Assembly (NCBI GenBank): GCA_963664395.2
Contig: OY761159.2
Span: 3,552,001 to 3,616,000, forward strand
Length of the DNA: 64,000 nt
Direction: 5' to 3'
DNA from: Candidatus Binatia bacterium
GTDB lineage: Bacteria; Desulfobacterota; Binatia; Bin18
Shown here: one piece after another, positions 58,919-64,000 of the stretch
Numbering within the stretch: the first letter of the stretch is position 1
How the letters are laid out: every line of letters starts with the position of its first letter
Notes under the pieces: generated by a model
What the model saw: the letters and a program-made list of their open reading frames with translations, nothing else
Databases searched by the model: none
Told to the model about the DNA's origin: nothing
Position numbers and translations under genes: made by a program

Positions 58919-59098
58919 TATGAGCGTCCTTGATGCTTTGGGATGGTTTAGGATGGTCTGGAAAAAGATGGTTTGGAAAGGCGGGCGACGGCAGCATACC
59001 GGACCAGGGTCGCTAAAGCGAGGGGGAAACGCCATACCTGTTGGACGGTTCTTGAAGGGAGAGGACCCCTCGGAATGCGTGCGGGCGGGAGTCTGAAG

Positions 59099-60241
59099 AT
59101 GGTTTTCAGAAGTGTGGGTATCCTGATTGGTCTCTTGGTTGGTCTCTTGATCGCATGTGGAGCAAGCGCTGTCCAGGCACAGTCTTCCCCGCTTGCCCTT
59201 CTTTCCCTTCCCCCAGGATTTCAGATCGAGGTGTATGCTGCCCGTGTCCCAAATGCGCGCGCGCTTGCCCTGGGGTCACAGGGAACGGTCTTTGTCGGCA
59301 CCCAGCGCGCGGGAAAAGTCTATGCTGTTGTCGATCACAACCAGGACTATCGGGTTGATGCGGTGCATACGCTTGCCGAGGGATTAGACATGCCGAGTGG
59401 CGTGGCCTTTCGTGATGGTGCGCTGTACGTAGCCGAGGTCAACCGCATTCTCCGTTTTGATGACATTGAGTCACAGCTCAACCACTCGTCTCCGCCGGCC
59501 GCGCTGGCTCCACCGGTTGTCGTGAATGATACGCTCCCGCGTGACCGCTGGCACGGCTGGAAGTTTATCCGGTTCGGGCCTGATAACTTGTTATACGTAC
59601 CCGTCGGGGCTCCGTGTAATGTCTGTACCAAGAGTGACCCCCGCTATGCCTCGATTCTCCGCATGAAGCCGGACGGCAGCGGGCTGGAAAACTTTGCTCG
59701 TGGAGTACGCAATACCGTCGGGTTTGACTGGCATCCTGAAACACACGAACTCTGGTTTACGGAGAATGGTCGGGACTGGCTGGGCGATGATGCACCGCCG
59801 TGTGAACTCAATCACGCCCCACAGCCCGGCTTGCACTTCGGGTTCCCGTACTGTCATGCCAGCAGCATCCCCGACCCGGACTTTGGGTCAGAGCGGCCCT
59901 GCGCCGAATTTACGTCGCCGGCGCAGGAACTCGGACCACACGTCGCACCGTTGGGCATGCGTTTTTATACGGGCTCGATGTTCCCGGCAGCCTACCGGAA
60001 TCAGATTTTCATTGCCGAGCACGGCTCGTGGAACCGCAGCGATCCTATCGGCTATCGGGTGATGCTGATCCGCTTGGAGAACAACACCGCCACGAGCTAC
60101 GAGGTCTTTGCCGAAGGCTGGCTCCAAAAGGACGGGGCCTGGGGGCGGCCCGTTGATGTCCTGGTGATGCCGGATGGGGCGCTGTTGGTATCCGATGATC
60201 GCGCCGGGGTGATTTATCGGATCAGCTATCAATCGGATTAG
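59099..60241 (+). CDS. PQQ-dependent glucose/sorbosone dehydrogenase family protein
   Basis: LPPGFQIEVYA, GAPCNVC, GVRNTVGFDW, AEHGSWNR, GRPVDV, VSDD. Confidence 0.92.
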   Translation: MVFRSVGILIGLLVGLLIACGASAVQAQSSPLALLSLPPGFQIEVYAARVPNARALALGSQGTVFVGTQRAGKVYAVVDHNQDYRVDAVHTLAEGLDMPSGVAFRDGALYVAEVNRILRFDDIESQLNHSSPPAALAPPVVVNDTLPRDRWHGWKFIRFGPDNLLYVPVGAPCNVCTKSDPRYASILRMKPDGSGLENFARGVRNTVGFDWHPETHELWFTENGRDWLGDDAPPCELNHAPQPGLHFGFPYCHASSIPDPDFGSERPCAEFTSPAQELGPHVAPLGMRFYTGSMFPAAYRNQIFIAEHGSWNRSDPIGYRVMLIRLENNTATSYEVFAEGWLQKDGAWGRPVDVLVMPDGALLVSDDRAGVIYRISYQSD

Positions 60242-60293
60242 CTATCAATCGGATCAGATTTTGCGGATTAGATTTTGCGGATTAGATTTTGCG
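60216..60293. repeat. Abutting tandem duplications (16-bp unit x2.6 over the stop codon; 14-bp unit x2.7)
   Basis: ATCGGAT(C/T)AGCTATCA repeats followed by AGATTTTGCGGATT repeats. Confidence 0.85.
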
Positions 60294-60314
60294 TCCTGCT
60301 CGAAAGGATTCTTC

Positions 60315-60821
60315 ATGTCTGACGTACTGCCTGACATCAAGATACGGGTGCTGACTGACGGCGACCGTGGTAGCGCACTCGCAGTCATTAATACGGCTGC
60401 TCGCTGGTACCAGGAGTTTTTGTCTGCCGAGGAATATCACGACCCGGAGATGACACCCGACGAATGGACACAAGAGGCCGAACGTCTCACCTGGTATGGA
60501 GCCTTTGACCTCGATACTCTCCTTGGTGTGATGGGCCTGGAATATGTCAAAGACGTTGCTCTCCTCCGACATGCGTACATCCTGCCCGACCAGCAGCGGC
60601 ATGGGATCGGCTCTCTTCTGCGGGAATACGTGGAGAAGCAGATGCGTGGAGTGAGTCGGATTGTCGTTGGCACCTATGCCGGAAATTATAAAGCACGGGG
60701 TGCGCTGGAAGCTGCTGGCTATACGCTCTCACCAGAGCCGGAGGCCGTCCTCCGGGCGTATTACGCTATCCCCGAAGACCGGCTCCAGTCTTCTGTGACG
60801 TATGAGAAGGAGATCGGTTAA
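60315..60821 (+). CDS. GNAT family N-acetyltransferase
   Basis: LRHAYILPDQQRHGIGSLL acetyl-CoA motif. Confidence 0.85.
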   Translation: MSDVLPDIKIRVLTDGDRGSALAVINTAARWYQEFLSAEEYHDPEMTPDEWTQEAERLTWYGAFDLDTLLGVMGLEYVKDVALLRHAYILPDQQRHGIGSLLREYVEKQMRGVSRIVVGTYAGNYKARGALEAAGYTLSPEPEAVLRAYYAIPEDRLQSSVTYEKEIG

Positions 60822-60899
60822 GCCCTGGTTGGCCCTGGTTGGCATGGTCCGCTTCGTGAGTTTTCTCCTCCAATACTCTCTCTCGTGGACTCGCTGGAG

Positions 60900-61406
60900 T
60901 CAGGCCGCATCCGTCGGACCTGATGAAGCCGGCGACGGAAACCAGCGCGGCGTGGCCGCCTGATAGGCCATATAATCCTCGCCAAACCGTTTCCTCAGAG
61001 TGGGCTCCTCAATATAGAGAACGAGCACGAGACTGAGCAGTAGGAGAAACACGGTATAGAGCAATACGTGTACGGATTGAAACCAGAATATTTGGCCGCC
61101 CAGCATGGCAAACATGCCGCCCAGCATGGGATGCTGAATATGGGCATACGGGCCGCTCACAACCATGCGCTGGGGTGGATCAAGGGGGAAAGGGGTGCCG
61201 ACTCCGCGCCGGGCAAGATAGTACGCGGCCGAAAAAATTAAGGCTCCTCCCCCCAGGCAGAGGAGGCAGCCGAGCAGGGAAAACAGAAACGAGAAGGGAA
61301 GCGTCGCCGCCGCCTCAAAGTGCCGCAGTTTCCAAGGCAGATAGCCGATCAGGAAGCCGGGAATAACAAAAGTGTACACCGTAGCGCGGAGCCGCAGGGA
61401 CAGCAT
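60900..61406 (-). CDS. Isoprenylcysteine carboxylmethyltransferase / PEMT family membrane protein
   Basis: GTPFPLDPP, VVSGPYAHIQHPM, EEPTLRKRFGEDY..Y...PRW. Confidence 0.9.
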   Translation of the reverse strand: MLSLRLRATVYTFVIPGFLIGYLPWKLRHFEAAATLPFSFLFSLLGCLLCLGGGALIFSAAYYLARRGVGTPFPLDPPQRMVVSGPYAHIQHPMLGGMFAMLGGQIFWFQSVHVLLYTVFLLLLSLVLVLYIEEPTLRKRFGEDYMAYQAATPRWFPSPASSGPTDAA

Positions 61407-61431
61407 GGGCAGATCGAGTGAAAGAGATGTT

Positions 61432-62205
61432 CTACACCCCGCGAAAATTCGGTTTGCGTTTCTCCAACATGGCGCGCACGCCTTCGTTGGCGTCTTCGCT
61501 CTTGCGCGCCCGCTGGACCAGGGTGTTGAGATCGTCGTAGTCTATGGTGTCCCGCAGCGAGATCATACGCAGGATGCTCTTTTTCATTCCGGCGAGAGAG
61601 AGCGGCGCGTTGGCGGCAATCGTCCGGGCCAGTGTCAGCGTGGCTGCTTCCAGCTCAGCAGCAGATACGAGCTGATGCACCATGCCGATTTCATACGCAC
61701 GTTGGGCGCTCACCGGCTGACCGGTGAGCAGAATCTGCTTGGTGAAGGCCGGGCCAACAATCTCAGCGAGTTTCTGACCCAACCGAAACGGAACAACGAG
61801 TCCCAGACGGGCCAACGGCATACCGAATCGGGCGACTTCTGAAACAACGCGCAGATCACAGTGGAGGGCGAGTTCACAGCCGCCGGCCAGGGCATCGCCT
61901 TGGACCATGGCAATGGTCGGATGGCGGGACGTTTCGATTTTTCCAAGCAGCTTTATAATACCGCTTTCCGCATCTTCGTCGCTGTGCTGACGGGCGTTTA
62001 ACTCCCGCAAGTCCAGACCGGCACAAAAGGATTTGCCTTCACCGCGGACGACAACCGCTCGGACCTCGTTGTTGGTCTCCAGTGCGCCAAAATAGTGGTC
62101 CAGTCCTTCCAGCACAGCCGTATTCATGGCGTTTCGCTTTTCCGGACGGTTCAGGGTAATGGTTGCAATGCCTTCGTTGATCGAGCACAGGATTTCTTCA
62201 GCCAC
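61432..62205 (-). CDS. Enoyl-CoA hydratase/isomerase
   Basis: TLNRPEKRNA, FCAGLDL, AGGCELALHCD, FGMP. Confidence 0.93.
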   Translation of the reverse strand: MAEEILCSINEGIATITLNRPEKRNAMNTAVLEGLDHYFGALETNNEVRAVVVRGEGKSFCAGLDLRELNARQHSDEDAESGIIKLLGKIETSRHPTIAMVQGDALAGGCELALHCDLRVVSEVARFGMPLARLGLVVPFRLGQKLAEIVGPAFTKQILLTGQPVSAQRAYEIGMVHQLVSAAELEAATLTLARTIAANAPLSLAGMKKSILRMISLRDTIDYDDLNTLVQRARKSEDANEGVRAMLEKRKPNFRGV

Positions 62206-62343
62206 ACGCGCCTCCTTAGAATGGACAAATGCGTGCGCTCAGCTAAGCGGTTTCTTTGGGGGAGGTCAAGGTGACGGGGCGGAGGGATATCGTTCCTGCA
62301 CGGATAAACCGCTGATTCGTAGTAGGGCTTATTTTGAGAGTGC

Positions 62344-62745
62344 CTACACCAGCGGGCGGCTGTTAAGACTTGGGGGAGGAGTGGGAGGATTGGGGTCGTC
62401 AGGCTCCTGCTCGGTGTCCGCCGAGTCGGTCAGAAAGACAATCTCCGCCAGCAGACCGGTCACCAGAAAGAGGAGAACGGCACTGCCCCAGTAAGCAATG
62501 TGAAGGGCATAAAACGCGCCAATCGATATCACGGCGGCGGCAATGGCGCACACGATGGACAGCCGGGGTGGGAGCCGCACCGGCTTTTTGTAGCGGGCAG
62601 GGAGAAGCCCGATCAGCAGTCCGAACGGGCCGATCAATACGCCTCCAATCAACCGGCCTTGCCACTCCCGGCCCTTACTGGCGGCAATGCAGGCCGACAG
62701 GACCGCGCACAGGAACCAGAGACCGATGAAGACGAGGAGTTTCAT
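62344..62745 (-). CDS. Hypothetical membrane protein
   Basis: About 4 TMs; IAASKGR..GVLIGPFGLLI motif; Pro-rich tail. Confidence 0.65.
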   Translation of the reverse strand: MKLLVFIGLWFLCAVLSACIAASKGREWQGRLIGGVLIGPFGLLIGLLPARYKKPVRLPPRLSIVCAIAAAVISIGAFYALHIAYWGSAVLLFLVTGLLAEIVFLTDSADTEQEPDDPNPPTPPPSLNSRPLV

Positions 62746-62767
62746 TGGGGTTCACCCTCAAGAGGAA

Positions 62768-62800
62768 CCCGCATCCTAGCCCTCTTCCTCAGGGAGAGGA
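62768..62800. repeat. Degenerate CCCTC..CCCTCT..GGGAGAGG REP hairpin
   Basis: CCCGCATCCTAGCCCTCTTCCTCAGGGAGAGG. Confidence 0.55.
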
Positions 62801-62831
62801 CCAGGGTCGGAGTAACTGTCTTGATAGAAAA

Positions 62832-63302
62832 TTATTCACTAAACTTCCAGGTGTTCTCTGCCGTGCCGCTGATCTTCCAGCGCGGCACAACGATGTTGGC
62901 CTCGTTGGTCTGCTCAAATTCCACGCTGACGGGCAGACCTATTGCCACATCTTCTTCGTCGTCCAGCATGACCCCGCCGACGCGGACGAGCGAGCCATCG
63001 GCTTCGTGGCAATCGTCTAACTCAATCAGGCCGACAACGTACGGTACCGCCTCGACGAATGCGCCCAGAATGGGCTGGGTCACGACGATATAGCTGTGGA
63101 GCACGCCCGTTCCGGCTGTCTCAAACCAGTCGAGAGCCATAGAGTTGCATTTGTCACAAGCAGGGAAGGGCGGAAACCATTTGTGTCCGCAGTCTGTGCA
63201 CTGGCGCACAAGATATTTGTGTTCTTTCGTACCCATCCACCATTCGGCGGTATCGAAGTCGGGCACGATTGTGATTTTACTGTAATCAATTGGACCAGGC
63301 AT
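62832..63302 (-). CDS. Zn-ribbon/OB-fold protein (DUF35/ChsH2-like)
   Basis: QCTDCG..FPP..CDKCNS, GVLHSY, PYVVGLIEL, IGLPVSVEF. Confidence 0.9.
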   Translation of the reverse strand: MPGPIDYSKITIVPDFDTAEWWMGTKEHKYLVRQCTDCGHKWFPPFPACDKCNSMALDWFETAGTGVLHSYIVVTQPILGAFVEAVPYVVGLIELDDCHEADGSLVRVGGVMLDDEEDVAIGLPVSVEFEQTNEANIVVPRWKISGTAENTWKFSE

Positions 63303-63315
63303 AGTCACCGCTCCT

Positions 63316-64000
63316 TTAAGCTGCAATCCCGCGCAGAATGGCTGAACTCGACATGGTTTCCGTTCCCCAACCGAGACAGGCCGCAATGCGGGCATCTTTC
63401 ACTTGACGACAGCCGGCCTGACGGTCGTAGCTGTGTTTCCCCTCTGCCCAGCCCGGACAGGCGTCATCGGCGCGGTGGCGGAGTTGGCGCACGTTCTCAA
63501 TCACCATACTCACCCCGTGGGTATAGCCTTCGGACAGATGCCCCCCGGAGAGGTTCGAGGGCAGTTCGTGGTCAATCTGTAAACGGCCGCCTTTCACAAA
63601 CTCGCCCGCCTCGCCTTTGCCGCAGAAACCGTAGGCTTCAAGCTGAATGAGGGTGGTGAACGTAAACGCGTCGTAGCACGAGATAAGGTTCACGTCTTTT
63701 TGACCAATTCCGGCCATGCCGAACAAACGATTGCGACCGTAATTTCCGGCGACATAGTGAATCTCCGGGCGCGAGTAGTTCCAGGCTGAGTTGGGCGCCA
63801 TGGTTCGTCCCGTCCCGCCCATGATAAAAACAGGCGGCTGACGCAGGTCATAGGCGCGTTCACGAGAAGTGACAATGAGACAGGCCGAGACATCGGTTTC
63901 GAGGCAGCAGTCGAGCAGGCGCAGGGGTTTGACCACCCAGCGTGAATTCTGGTGATCTTCAATCGTGATGGGATGACGCATAACCGCCTTGGGATTCAGG
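63316..64000 (-). CDS. SCP-x/Ltp2-type thiolase-family protein, 5'-truncated by window end
   Basis: PLRLLDCCLETD, YDAFT, LEAYGFCGKGE, NLSGGHLSEGY.HG; paired with DUF35. Confidence 0.9.
   Translation of the reverse strand, partial: LNPKAVMRHPITIEDHQNSRWVVKPLRLLDCCLETDVSACLIVTSRERAYDLRQPPVFIMGGTGRTMAPNSAWNYSRPEIHYVAGNYGRNRLFGMAGIGQKDVNLISCYDAFTFTTLIQLEAYGFCGKGEAGEFVKGGRLQIDHELPSNLSGGHLSEGYTHGVSMVIENVRQLRHRADDACPGWAEGKHSYDRQAGCRQVKDARIAACLGWGTETMSSSAILRGIAA

Noticed and set aside
61432-64000. Thiolase/DUF35/enoyl-CoA hydratase cluster as a novel system
   Set aside because: A well-known lipid or steroid side-chain catabolic pairing; nothing unusual visible in the part within the window.

Overview
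GC-rich bacterial chromosomal window. The protein families and repeat types resemble those I associate with sponge-associated Binatia/'Desulfurellaceae' MAGs (inference, not verified). About 1.8-29 kb is a surface-glycan locus: wzt/wzm exporter, methyltransferases, GT2/GT4 glycosyltransferases, priming transferase, O-antigen ligase and a heterodimeric ABC exporter. It is interrupted at 11.2-19.3 kb by an accessory block containing (i) an opposite-strand three-gene module of a YLDPGSGS membrane peptide, a kinase-fold/methyltransferase fusion and a Thr-nucleophile LtaS/sulfatase-fold membrane enzyme, (ii) a heavily frameshifted secreted PPC-domain gene and (iii) a DUF1640 gene. The rest is envelope and housekeeping genes (yihY-like, tamAB, aminotransferase, clpB, KamA-family radical SAM, folD, ispG, transporters, lipid catabolism). 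Main points of interest: the three-gene kinase-MTase module; a signal-peptide-bearing selenocysteine peroxiredoxin split by the ORF caller (in-frame TGA plus SECIS-like hairpin); a tandem array of variable-length CCDC90/DUF1640 coiled-coil genes; several REP-like palindrome families including nested insertions and an in-frame insertion; and pervasive short tandem duplications. Several frameshifts in the first 27 kb are probably assembly errors. No rRNA, tRNA, CRISPR array, integrase or transposase was recognised.
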